A stretch of 64,000 nucleotides of DNA from assembly GCA_964035545.1 (NCBI GenBank), contig OZ037766.1, positions 30,680,773-30,744,772 of the forward strand. The letters run 5' to 3'. Origin of the DNA: Bugula neritina. Its lineage: Eukaryota > Animalia > Bryozoa. Within the stretch, counting starts at the first letter, position 1. Each line of letters begins with the position of its first letter. The notes beneath the pieces are model-generated. The model was not told the origin of the DNA. It was given only the letters and a program-made list of their open reading frames with translations, and did no database searches. The position numbers and the translations under genes were made by a program. Shown here in pieces: positions 13,925 to 31,874 of this stretch.

Positions 13925-15246
13925 TCAATACAGCTCCATCAATCTGTATCCTGATGAAGCTAGTAGTTTAGGAACATTTGTGGGGGGGGGGAGTGTAGGC
14001 TGAGCTGCAGTATAGGAAAAACCCCAACATATGTAATCTATTCAGCACATTATATGTATATTTATTCAAAAAAGGATTTAGAAAATGCTTTATGAAGAGA
14101 TGAACAAAGTAAAAATTAATGCTGGTGAAAGTAATATTATTACACCCATTAGAATTACTAGCAGCTATAGCATTAACATTATGTATTTTCATAAAAATGT
14201 GTCTAATTTATGCTACAAAGTTATTACTGCCAAAGGTTACAAAATTTACCAGTCACATTCATGCAGCTGGCGGAGAATAACTAACTTTCACTTGCAATAA
14301 ATATTATATAATATATTGATAATTATTGGAATCATAATTATATTTATTGTTATGATCATTATGATTATAATTATTTAATATTATCTTTATGTTTGTATTT
14401 AAAGTTGTTCCTTAAATTAAAAGTTGTTTAAGTTTTATAAATTTATTATAATTATATTTCTGTATAAGTATTAGTATAATTAAATTATTATAATTTATAT
14501 TTTATTATTTATATTTATTTCACTTTTTATTTCAAGACCAGCAGTTCAAATTGAAATTAATACTTGTGTCGTTTGCTTTATATTATAACTTACAAGTATA
14601 ACTATTAACATAATAATATTACATTTGCTATTAGTATTACTATGAATATAAATATTTATATTAATATAGCTATCGGTATAACTTATAGTTATAGTTATAC
14701 TTATAGTTATAACTAATATAACTATAAGTATAAGTATTAGTTTCGAAACTGATCCTGCTCCGTAACATTAACATACTGATACTGTCATATGATTATCATT
14801 ATGACTAATAATAGTATTAATAAATATAACCATTGAATATTATTAATAATAGTTCACCAATAGGCGATAGTCATAGACTTAGAGTGAGAGTCAATGTCAT
14901 AGAAATAGAGTTAGACTAGTGACACTCATACTGATACTGATACTCATACTGTGATTCACTTTCAGTTACAAATTTCAAAACTTGGTTTTACGTAGACAAC
15001 TACTAACCTATAATTCATCACAAAACGGTTGAAAATCATCATTTACTGCATATTTAAGAGTAATTTTCTGGTAGTGTGGTCGACATGATAATTGAAATTA
15101 AAATAGGGAAAATAATTATTTTGTGATTTACAGCAAGTTACAAACTAGCGAAATGAAATAGTCCATTTGAAAACAGTTAAATTAGTTACCTTTCTTGATG
15201 TTGCGTAGCTAACGTTAGTTATTAGTAGCCGCCCGAAGAGTAACAT
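13925..15246 (-). CDS. Candidate 55-aa spliced micro-ORF on a transcript divergent from Mtl (may be non-coding)
   Basis: Exons 15246-15190 (AAG|GTAACT), 14280-14250 (G|GTAAAT) and 14004-13925 give MLLFGRLLITNVSYATSRKLFSASCMNVTAQPTLPPPTNVPKLLASSGYRLMELY*. The exon 2 acceptor is weak and no homolog was recognised. Confidence 0.25.
14300..14960. other. 6-bp-phased A[CG]T tract in the first intron of the putative minus-strand transcript
   Basis: 14918-14950 AGT gac ACT cat ACT gat ACT gat ACT cat ACT. Confidence 0.7.
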
Positions 15247-15970
15247 TCATGTGATTTGAGCTACGAATAACGAGAATCTGCGACAAACCCGCTTCTTAAT
15301 AACTTTACGCGATATAAACTCACGCTACAATTGGGCTATTTTGCCATCCCCACGTCACGGAGGGCACGCTCGCGGGCAAGTCTGGGCAAGTCTAAGACAC
15401 CTAATATGACCACTTTTACTTACATTTTTGTAGTGTTTTCGTATAAGAAATTGGGTAAAATGCTGATAAAACAGTTGAAAAGCATGCAAACTTTTGCTCA
15501 AATGTAATAAATAACCTGGAAGCTTACCGCCTTTAAAGGTTTTGCTATAAAAATATTATTTTCATAATCATCTTTATTGACAATATCTGTAAAGACACTG
15601 GCTACATTTACATATCATGATCTTCACCAAAATATTTTAAACATAAGATGCAAATAATATGCAAATATTGTTATAGTAAATAAGACCATTAAAATTATGA
15701 ATAAACATAAAATTTTTATCATAATTTTAAAAAACCGTCAACCTTATTGAAAGTTGTCTTCCTTTGTAAGACTGTCGAACCAATCGACATAACCGGGTGT
15801 GAAGTTGTCTTCTCAATATAACTATAATTAGAAAAGTGAATACTAGCTGGGTTATTTTTATAAACCAATAGAACTTCTGTAATGAAGCGCAGCGCCCTCA
15901 ACCGGAAACCTGATTCTTTTTTTAACATGAAGGTTAGATCAGTGTGAAATGATGATTCAAAACCGGACAA
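15200..15970. promoter_or_regulatory. Putative bidirectional promoter region (Mtl on +, unknown transcript on -)
   Basis: CpG clusters at 15200-15390 (CACGTCACG, tandem GGGCAAGTCT) and 15770-15970 (ETS-like ACCGGAAA at 15901). Phased tracts extend outward on both sides. Confidence 0.5.
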
Positions 15971-16089
15971 TCATTCCTCTTGTGTAGTTTTTTCAGTCAT
16001 CTAGTATATTAGCAATTTGTTTAAGCTTGTTATATTAAATTACAAGTTTAAAAACACATAACAATAATTTATTCGGTAAGCAAAATACT

Positions 16090-17800
16090 TTTAAGTTATG
16101 ATCATTGACATTGGTAATTACACTTACAGTTTGCATTTACTAATTACTTTCACTTTGAGTTTGAAATTTAACTTGAACAGAATAACACCAAGTTAGTGAC
16201 TGAGGCTGTAACGCAACGGACAAAACAGACAGTGACACAGTTGAGCTTGACGTTGTCGAGTGACACTTGCACTGATTTTGAGCATGAAAGTCAAAGCGAA
16301 TGCGAGTCTCACAGTCAGCCTGACGGCGAGTGCATTTTCATGCTCACTTGTAGTTGTTGATGTTCATCGTGATCATCATCACGTTCAATATTCAGTTTTA
16401 TCATTCATACATCATTGTGATTGAATTTGATGTTTTTGACTTCAAGTTCATGTTGAGCCTTGAAGTTGATTCTGGCTCCTGTGATTAATGAGTGAGAATC
16501 AGAGTGACGTGAGCAGATACTCATACTTATACTATCAGTGTCATACTCACTTGATAGTGGTACTGGTAGTAGTATTAAATTTTATGATTATCACCATTAT
16601 TATTGGTAATATAATATTGATAATATTAATCACTACTAATTTTTAAACTTTATACCAACTAATTCAATATTTTTATTAATCAAGCTCAACATTTTGATTT
16701 TGTTTATGCTTCGCATCGTCAACCATCATTGCTATTACAGTTATTACTACTAGGCTTCCATTGTGGACTAGTATTGCTGGTAAAAGTACTAGTATTACTC
16801 TAATAGTAGTACAATCAGCTACAATAGTAATATATTAAATTTAATATTGTAGTTATTTTATCAATTTTATATAACTCACCTATAAGAATTAGAACACTCT
16901 GGTTACAACTACAGGTGAAAAGACACATTAGTGCCTCTTGTGTTGCTTTTTGTTTGGGTTTGTCATATGTCTAAATAAATCTATTCTAGCTAAGTTGAGT
17001 TTAAGTTTTTAATTGTAATGTAAAGAGTTTTAGCTCGTAGCTAAGCTGAGTTTATGTTATGAGATATCTCATTGTGTAATGATTCGAGTGAGAAAATTAA
17101 TGTTAAAAGCCTGTGGGGATGCAGAAATAAATCTAGGTTCTCCTCTTTTGGCTGTGTTGATTTACTGACTTGAATGTAGTAGTTTGATATTTTATTAACA
17201 TTAGTTTAGATATAAGTATAGGTTATACCTATATCGCATATGTGTATTCATTATCTCATGAACTATATTTGTAGTAAATCAAAATATAATAATTTATAGA
17301 AAATAGTATTACAATTATTTATCATTATGCTAATGCTAACTAAATAAATTTAGAGTACTTCTAGCACTTATACTCTTGGTGATGCTAAAACTAACTGTGA
17401 TATTAATGATAAGAGTAAAAGTGATTTTAAAAGTAATGCCTATACTGTAAAACTAAATGATTTAACCAGTTATAATAATGAATACAATAACAATAGATTA
17501 GTTGTAATACCTAATACTAATAGTATTGGTAATGCTGAAAGTCTTGCTAATACTAATAATGGCACAATTAATATTAACTCAGTAATTAATTAGCTTACAG
17601 TTATTATGCTTAAAGTTAATTTTAAACTAAGCTTAAAGATGTTGTACAAATAAATTTATTACTAATACTTATAGAGTAATATTGAAATTTAACCTTACAT
17701 TTATAGTCATTCTCAATGTTATCTCATAGCCATATTGATTATGATAGTTTTACATGTGCAGTGATGAAGACATTTATTCCAAGTTCATATACCCATAGTG
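16090..17800. other. 6-bp-phased A[CG]T tract in the Mtl 5' region
   Basis: For example 16519-16539 ACT cat ACT tat ACT atc AGT. Confidence 0.7.
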
Positions 17801-18644
17801 ATATTTGAATAATACTCAAGTTTGCCTCATATATTAGTTTTTATGTAGTCTAGTTCATTTGAACTTCAAATTCTATTATAAGAGCGTTGAATGATTTTAT
17901 TTTCAGTTGCACTCTATATAATCAACTTCCAATAACTAGACCTGTCTAAAGCTTATCTCTTTAATTCAGTAGTTTATGTTAATCAGCTATTACATAACCA
18001 GTTTGATGATATGGTAGGCAGTAAGTATAGTCTCGTGTATATTACCGCCAACAGTGGCCTACAGTTACCTATATCTGCAGTTATGCTGGCGTTACCTTTT
18101 GACTTGATAATCAACTGTGCATGTGCGAATGTTATGTTTATGATTTTAATTTTTGGTTTAGTGAGAAAAGTAAATACTTCTCAGCTCTATCTACAATAAT
18201 TTAATCGTAAACCTGGTGAACTACAAGCAATTTTATTTTATCTGTGAATTATATAATTTTGATGAATTTATTATTAGTTATGACTTGGCTTTGAAGTTTC
18301 GCAACACAAGCCAGGACGATATGGAATTATATTAATTCTCAACAATAAGTTAGGATTTTACTAATGGTTCGATATGCTGTATTATAGAATATCGAATAAA
18401 CTAAAACCAAAACATGTCTTAACACATCTGTTACTAACCCAACCAAAAGTTATTTAGGATAAATTTTTCACTATGTTATTTAAAAAGGTTAACTTCAACT
18501 TTATTTTAGCTTCTATATGACCATATGCTATACTGAAAATGAGATTTATCCTCAACTGTAGAGTTGACATTAGCATGTTAGACATTGTGTACTTGTAATT
18601 CAGTAGATTCCACAGCAGGGACACATTTGTATAGAGCAGCCAGC

Positions 18645-21600
18645 ATGTCACAAGTGTCAAGGTCAATCAAGTGTGTGGTGGTAGGAGATGGTACAGTTGG
18701 TAAGACTTGTATGCTTATATCCTACACTACAGACAGCTTCCCTGGCGAATATGTGCCCACAGTGTAAGTATACATTCTTTTAGGTCTATACTTACCTCCT
18801 TCTATCACCCAATTAGAGTGTTTTATAATATCTTGTATTTTTCCAACATTATATAAAATCAAATCTAGTACAGTGACAGTTTTATGTTAGAAGATTCAAG
18901 CATTGCAGTTTCTGCAATATGTCGTTCTTTGTAAATGTAATTCCGTTTTAAGGGTCACTGATTCTGCAAATCATTCCTAAATAATTAATACATGAACTCT
19001 ATAGTACGTATCAGTCACTAATGGCATTCTGCAGGTTTAAGGAGTTATAGTTTTGTTCTAGTCGTGCTTGCTCTTGTTATCTAACATGTTTTAATCATAA
19101 CCTGTTGGTTGGTTTAATTCAGAAGTTTTAAATAAGCAAATAATTTAGATTTAGTAAATAGTGTTTTTCTACTCTTGTGGGTGATGGAATTAAGAGGACC
19201 TTCAGTTACATCTCACTATATGTTTTACCATATCTCACTTCACCACACTACAATGTTTGTGTTTAACTTTTTTAACTCTTGACATCTTTGAATAAAATTC
19301 TTGCTTTCCTGACTATATTATCATGTTTCAATTGCGTATTACTTCTTTTTGCGTAGATTTGACAACTATACGGCACCTATAACAGTAGACGGCACACAAG
19401 TCCAGCTGGCATTGTGGGATACGGCAGGACAGGAAGACTACGACAGACTGCGCCCCCTATCATATCCTCAAGTAGGTTCCTCGCTTGTGCTAACCATGTA
19501 TTTCCTGTGTGCAAACTCTCAATTGTGAATTTTCAGTGTTAATGATAATATTTCCTTTCTTTCCAGGTTCAATACATGGGTAATTAAACAGCAATTAATA
19601 TTGGCTTTTATTTTGTTGATTGTTACAAATAATTTAATAGTTATTAACTCTAGTTCTAATTGGGAGTTGTGGCATCAATGACTTAGCGATCCAGAGCTTA
19701 GCTTGTACTATAAGATGTTGAATAATGTTGTTTGGTGACTTACATTTGTGCAGATTTATCGATATATGACTGAGTAAAATATCAGTTATTCTCTACCAAC
19801 ACCTGTGAACACTGAGCAAACTATAATATATGTTGGGAATTCGTAGTTGTCTACCCGAAAAGAACTTGTTTTATCAATTTTCAAGCAGTGAGACTGTTGG
19901 TACGAATAAGATCATTATCCACGCCATTGAGTATCTGTGTGTCATATAGAAACTCGGGAATTGTTCTCTCCTTTATATTAACTCCTGTTTATACATCTCG
20001 GTATTATCGTCCATAGTTGAAGTTTCATTTAAAAAAAAAAATTTTTAACTTGGCTGATTTGAATCAAATTAAATTTAAAGGTTTTCTTTTTAAAAAATAA
20101 TTACTGCTGCCACTGAAATGCAATCACCCTAGCTGCTGCCATCATTCAGTGCTAGCTAGCATTTATCGGCCTAGGCATACTTTGTCGTAACGTAGGAGTT
20201 AATGTGAAACGACAGACAATTTTAAAATGTCCAGGCTGAGCAGTACGGCGTTATGTTTTGTCGAGGATCAAACACTAGTTGATTAAAAAAGTACGCCGGG
20301 CTCCTATTGCATATAAATGTCCAATGAGGTGTCATAAATTCTACCCAATAGCGGACTTTGATAACCTCAGCCCGGACATTTGAATAACGGCTGTTATTTC
20401 GCGTTACGTCCTTCGTTACATGGAAGTGTGCCTGAGCCTCAAAGTCATCTCATCATGTTGAATTTTGTTGGTCAGTTATTGAACCAATAGCAGCCACTCT
20501 GAAAATGTTCTCGGCTAGACTCTGACAACTCATGTTATATTACACTGTTGTAGACGGATGTGTTCTTAGTCTGCTTCAGTATCATGTCCCCCTCCTCATT
20601 TGATAATGTTAGCAGTAAATGGATTCCTGAGATTAGACATCATTGCCCTGATGCTCCAGTTATATTAGTCGGTAAGTGTTGCCTATTTGGAAGTCATTGC
20701 TTTCTTCACAATCTCACATTTTTAGGTAGTGCAGTGAGCAGTCCCTTCTAATTACCGTATACTATACTAGCTCAGCACAATATAAAGATAACGTATTCAG
20801 CCATTAAGCACCACTATGTCTTTTGTTTATCGTATCAATCGAGTGTTAACACCATTTGGGAACATAACTTCTGCATCTAAAAAAAAAAATTAGGCGTTTT
20901 TGTTCAATATGTGAAAAAACTACTGTTTTTTCCGGCATGAAACGATGAATTTCTGAATAATTTAAATTTTTTATTTGGGTCACTGGTGTGCTATATGAGT
21001 TGAAAAATGATCTTATGTAATCTGTCATTTTCTCCAGACACGGAATTATAAGAGTTCCGAGGAAGTGCCAGAGCCCTGGATTTATATCTGATAATATATT
21101 TAAAACTGAGACAATGATATTTGGGGGAAAATAAAATCGTCTTGTATTCATTTAAACATTCTTACTATCACAACCTTGACGTGTCTTGGTGATTGAAGGT
21201 ACTAAACTAGATCTGAGAGACGATAGGCAGTGCCTGTCAGAGTTAGCTGCTAAAGGTCTTTCACCAGTCAAGAGAGAGCAAGGCCAAAAATTAGCGAGTA
21301 AGGTTCACACTAGAAAATATCTTGAGTGTTCAGCCTTGACCCAGCAAGGCCTCAAAAGGGTGAGTCACCGTGGAGTTAGAGTACTATATGAGTTAAAAGT
21401 ACCAGTAGTACTATGATTGGAGTACCAGTAGTACTATGAGTAAGAGTACCAGTACTATGAGTTAGTGTTTAATAAACTCCTTTTTTCCTCCACAACTCTA
21501 CACCCAAGATTCATCTGCTAGAGCAATTCTTTGGGTCATAAAATATTACTTGTATTTCAATCAGCCCAACTGATGTAAATTTTGTGGTTAATTTTAAAGT

Positions 21601-21919
21601 ATACACAACTATTATGTCAGCATTTATACTGTAATTAACTTGAGCCATTTGCGATTGACTTTGTGCTGTATGGAATCTAACTGCATTGTCTTATTTTACT
21701 GATCCTTACAAACACTGCTCTACCTCTTGAACAATAAGTTTGGTTTTATCTCTTATTTTATAAATACCATTTAGAATTATACTATAATGATATTGTATAC
21801 CATACTATTAATTCGGTTTTGTAAAAGTTCCATGCTACTTTTAGATATTCGATGAGGCTGTTAGATCGGTGATTGAGCCAGCTCCTAAGCCGACAAAGAA
21901 GGGTTGTGTTATTCTCTAG
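18645..21919 (+). CDS. Mtl: Rho-family GTPase, Mtl/MIG-2 (RhoG-like) subfamily
   Basis: Exons 18645-18763, 19357-19471, 20554-20671, 21199-21359, 21845-21919. [37 protein letters not shown] (GDGT and YTTD are typical of Mtl/MIG-2), [31 protein letters not shown]-terminal CAAX CVIL. Confidence 0.93.
20168..20438. mobile_element. MITE with ~70-bp imperfect terminal inverted repeats (possibly PIF/Harbinger-like), in Mtl intron 2
   Basis: Left end GGCCTAGGCATACTTTGTCGTAACGTAGGA...AAATGTCCAGGCTGAG matches the reverse complement of the right end, GGCTCAGGCACACTTCCATGTAACGAAGGA...AAATGTCCGGGCTGAG. No clean TSD. Confidence 0.8.
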
Positions 21920-22028
21920 TTTCTGTCGTTCCCTTGCCCACTTGTTTCTTCGGTCATTATAACAATTGTCTCAAAAATGGACTTCACTGTGTTGTGTGAT
22001 GCCAAAAGAACGTAATATGAACACAAGG

Positions 22029-22135
22029 CTGACATCACATCTCATCTTAATGATGTAGCTGCATGATTTGATGACATCACATCTCATCTTGATGGTGTAG
22101 CCGCATGATTTGATGGCATCATATCTCATCTCACT
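22029..22135. repeat. 42-nt tandem repeat x ~2.5 in the Mtl 3' UTR
   Basis: GACATCACATCTCATCTT...GCATGATTTGAT repeated. Confidence 0.85.
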
Positions 22136-23092
22136 CAATTGTTGTTTCATCATTTAGTTTTGGTGTGAAGCCTTACTAAACTTGTCAAGAACTCCTCAAA
22201 TAGTTTTAAAGAACACTTATTTAGAAGATAAGTATTTTCATATCTTTAATCTAAATGTTTATTTCGAATCATTGACAACCAAATATATAAACTTATTTAT
22301 GTAAGCCATGTTCTGTAAAAGTTGTACTCACTGCAACACTTACATAGTCTTATATGGAGTAGTCTGTCTAATATAATTTTGGGCAGATAATTCCCAATAT
22401 TTCTGTGCTAATTTTTGCAGTTTTAAATTGTTTTCATTGTTGAACAGCTTTTGATAGTTAATTTCACTTTTCTGTGACATAAAATAGTTACTGTTATTAT
22501 TAATATTTGGTTGCTAATAATATTTTTATCTTACTCAAATGTTTTTTAATATAATGTAGGCTGAATTTCTAATATATCTATATAAACATGCATAACTATT
22601 GCATCTTATCGGTAAAAGGATAATCTAATAATCTTTAATTTTATGTTGGTTGGAACAGAATAACTCATGTTGTAATTGCATTTATTCAATTAATTTTTTG
22701 TCTGTATAACTTTAATTTTCTTTTTCTTTTAAAGTATTTTTGAATGGTTATAAAATAAAGATACATAGAACACATGAACATCGGCTACTTTAAAAAACTA
22801 GCTGTTGAAAATGTACATGAGTTGATAGTTTTAAATAATGTTCTAAAACATACGCCCGTATATAAATCATTAAGCTGTTCCAATGAACGTTGTGAAAATG
22901 TAGATGAAATCTGGAGGGCTAATGTCGAGTTATCTACTCTTGCTCATGTGCGGAGTAACTCAAAACGGAAACTTACATGTGCGCCATATCCGGTCGAATT
23001 GTTTCTTTGCCGCAAAAGCCAAAGTTGCGTGTATATCACTTTTTCTTTTGTGCTCAAAAATTTTCTTCAAAAGAGATATAATTTTTCATAAT

Positions 23093-28479
<5,387 letters not shown>

Positions 28480-30036
28480 ACTTCTCCCGCCATCACTGAT
28501 TGCCTTGGACTCATGTATTAGATGTTACTTAGTTAGTATTATTCCTACCTGTGTGTCTACCAATACGGACAGTGATATTGTAATAATTTAGTCCTCTACT
28601 GTATTCGTAGGCTGCAAAAAAGCAAGTGATGTTGTATTCACACAACCATGTTGTATTATAATCATGCTGCCTGTTTCGTGTCAGCAATATTATGTCGTCA
28701 GCACCCCCCTCTTACCCCTTAGCATCATCTGGCTCAAAATCACAGCCGAAGCTGTAACTTATGGCCTCTCACTAGTATTATTATTATAAATTATAAACGG
28801 CTGTTCTCAACGATATTAGCTAGAAGTGGCTCTCATTTCTCTCTGGCTGCATGTTTCGTTAGGGCTGGAAGTTTGAGTCGTCTAGTTTTATCTGACATCA
28901 CATTGTAAATTATAGACACTGCAAAGTGCCCAGCTTGCTGGCCAAGAAATTACTCATTAGAATATATTAATGTTAAATTGAATTTTTCTCTAATATTTAG
29001 GTTTTATTCTCTATAATTGGTCAGTTTGTAACTTGAAAATTATAATTATTATTTGCACTCACATCTCTCATGACATGTGAGTACTTGGGATGCAATAACT
29101 TAGGATTTTTTGTTTAAATTCGTGAATTGTTGAGAGCATCGTTTTTGTGGAGTTTTCGTAGCGCTGCTCTACTCTTAGGTAATGTGTACAGTTTTCCGTC
29201 AATTCTTTGTACATAGCTTACTGGCTTATTGCCGGCCTTCCTGATTTCAAAAACTGTGTGAATATTTTAGTCATGTATTCGTATTTTATAGTCCTTGGGC
29301 CTTTACTTTGCAGGGCATCTATGTCACCGCCCGACTTTCTGACCAAAGTCTAACATAATTTGTACGTGTCATGCTTCTAAAATTGTTTGCAAGGCGTCTT
29401 TCAGTTACTACTTATTTAAGCTGATATCTCAATTTGCTGTTTCTCGAGGCCGCTCTCTCTTTTCTCGAGTTTTTCATTACAGGTAATCATTAGTTCTATA
29501 TTCCTAAACTTCTCTAGTGATTTATGTTCTAGCCAGCATGACTCTTGCTAATGTTTGTGGCAATTTAATTTCTCGTTTACGATTGGTGCTAATAATTATT
29601 CTTGTTTTTATCTTGGGAAAGGAAACTTTGGTTATTTTACGACTAGGATATCGTAAGCTTTATTACCGAAATTTACAATTGTCTATATGGCCACAAATTG
29701 TACTATAATTCCAAGTTTTGATGCTATAGCTATGTTGACGACATAGTATTGTATATATAAACTGTTATATACTCACTGCTCCTCAACAACTCCTGCCATC
29801 CTAACATGATTAGGTGCTGCAGGTTCCAATGTTTCTATTTATTAATGGCGCAGTGACATTTCAATAATATAATGGGCAGCAGTATTTGTGTTTTATTGTC
29901 AAATCACATTGTAGTTGTTTTTATCTGATGATCAAATAAAAACATTCTTATCACTTGACAATAGTTGTTCTCTTATCTTTAAAACAAGTTCGATTTATCT
30001 GTTAGTTGATGCAATACTTGTAAATTCAAGTTAATA

Positions 30037-30110
30037 GGGAGCATCTGTGGTCTAGTGTGCTAAGCTAGTGGACTGAATACCAATAAGGCAAGGTTGGAAG
30101 CCAAAACAGC
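30037..30110 (+). mobile_element. tRNA-derived SINE head (degenerate)
   Basis: A-box-like TGGTCTAGTGTG (30048) and B-box-like GGTTGGAAGCC (30092). Shares CTGTGGTCTAG with the element at 42078. Confidence 0.45.
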
Positions 30111-30547
30111 GAAAGCCCATCTTTTCTATCAAGTGTTGTCCGACAGATCTGTTCAGTTGAGACTGACTCAGAAACATGACAAGTGTAAAAGCCAAAATAT
30201 GTAATTAAAATACTGAGCTCTTTCAAAGTTATCAGAGTTTTGCATATCTGAGATGTGGGGATATATGATATCTGGTTGAAAACAATGTTGGTTTGCAGTA
30301 AGTCGGACCTAAATGGTTTGTTACAGAATACACTGCTCAAGTGTTCATAAAATTAGTCAAATTGCACTTGAGTTGGTGCTCAAAGTACTAAACTTCATGC
30401 TATATCCGTGGTTTAATCAAATTTACTCATTGGCTTAAACTTGAGCGTTGCTATAGTATTATTCAGTATGCTTTTATGTAGCAATAACAGGCATCTACTT
30501 GGCAGGAGGAGTTGTCTGCTCTCATTTCATGAAGAAAATGATAGAGC

Positions 30548-30568
30548 ATCACGTGATGGTCATGTGAA
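30548..30568 (+). promoter_or_regulatory. Tandem E-box/M-box (CLEAR-like, MiT/TFE-type) in the CTR promoter
   Basis: TCACGTGA (30549-56) and GTCATGTGA (30559-67), just upstream of a candidate first-exon donor CAG|GTATTG (~30632). Confidence 0.6.
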
Positions 30569-30699
30569 CTCTGCAAGCTGTAACGTATAGTTGATGTATT
30601 ATGAGAAGTTTGTTAAATTTCAGGACTATCAGGTATTGTCATGGTCGAGAGAAACTTTATTACATTATGCTGGGTGACAATCACTTAACTCTTTATGAA

Positions 30700-31330
30700 A
30701 ATGACTATTAATATTAAATATTCTAACTTATATGACATTTTTATTTTTATTTTAGGTTGAGTATAGGCATACTCATAATGATACTGATAGTGATAGCAAT
30801 ACTCAGTATAACTATAACTATGAGTATGAGTATGACTATCAGTATCACTATAAGTTTGAGTATCACTATGGCTATCAGTATTACAAATACTGGTAGTGTT
30901 GCGGTTAGTATTAGACTTAGTATTACGATAAAGTTGAAGTATGAAGTTAAACTGAAAGTAACACCTAATCTTATACTTACAGTTTTATAAAATTATCATC
31001 ATAAATCATTCAAAATCTAGGTAAATATGGCATGTGATTAATAATAGTATTGATATTTATGATGATGGTGATTTAATTTCATTATCATTATGATTAACAA
31101 TTACAATTTCATTGTCATTGTGGATATACTTATAGTGAGTGCTAGTAGTAATATGTCTACTGCTATTAGTACTGCTACTAGTAGTAACATTTATACTAAT
31201 ACTTCCCTGCTACTAATAACTTCACTTTTAGTACTACTATTATAATATAAATATTCATTGTGATTATGACAAGTGATGATCAACTCAATTCTTAACTAAT
31301 ACTATGTACACATTTACATTATACTGAGTG
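30700..31330. other. 6-bp-phased A[CG]T tract in CTR intron 1
   Basis: 30805-30867 has eleven consecutive A[CG]T triplets at 6-nt spacing. Confidence 0.8.
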
Positions 31331-31874
31331 TGACACACCAATTTTTTTTTTTTGCAACCTGAGTTTGTATTTACTGAATTTTATTAGTAATGCTAATTTG
31401 ATTCTGATGTAGCTAATTAATACCATAGTATTTAGTCTTTTGCCTAATTCATGTCAGGAACCTGGCACAAAGCATTAGAAATGAATAGAAAGCTTTCGAT
31501 TAACTAAATAATTTAAAATTATATGATCAACTGTTTTTGATGGACACAAAAATCTCTCCTTTTGAATAAAATGTGTGGTGAATTATTAATACAGGTAAAT
31601 AAATTTGAGTCTTTGCAACAATGACTGGAAAAAATTATTTGGTTAGGCAATAGCTCGTTTTTGAAAAACAAAAGCTATATATCACATCCTTAGGCTTTCT
31701 TCAGTTTAGCAAAATGATTTCAAAGAAAGTTTTTAATCAAGGATTTATGATTTGATTAAAGTACTAAAATCTAGCAACTTTGTAATGTTATTTTATTCAT
31801 ATTTTTTCAAGAATCAAGATGTGAAAGTTCGTTTCCCTCCAGTGAACATTGTAACCTGCTACTGAAAGAACACC

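Noticed and set aside
14960-15045. Possible C/D snoRNA on the minus strand (ATGATGA...CTGA, ~80 nt)
   Set aside because: No terminal stem and no recognisable rRNA guide; these motifs are common in the phased tracts.
30757-30990. ORFs with alternating residues (also 9429, 37320, 62982)
   Set aside because: By-products of the 6-bp periodic tracts in first introns; no splice or homology support.
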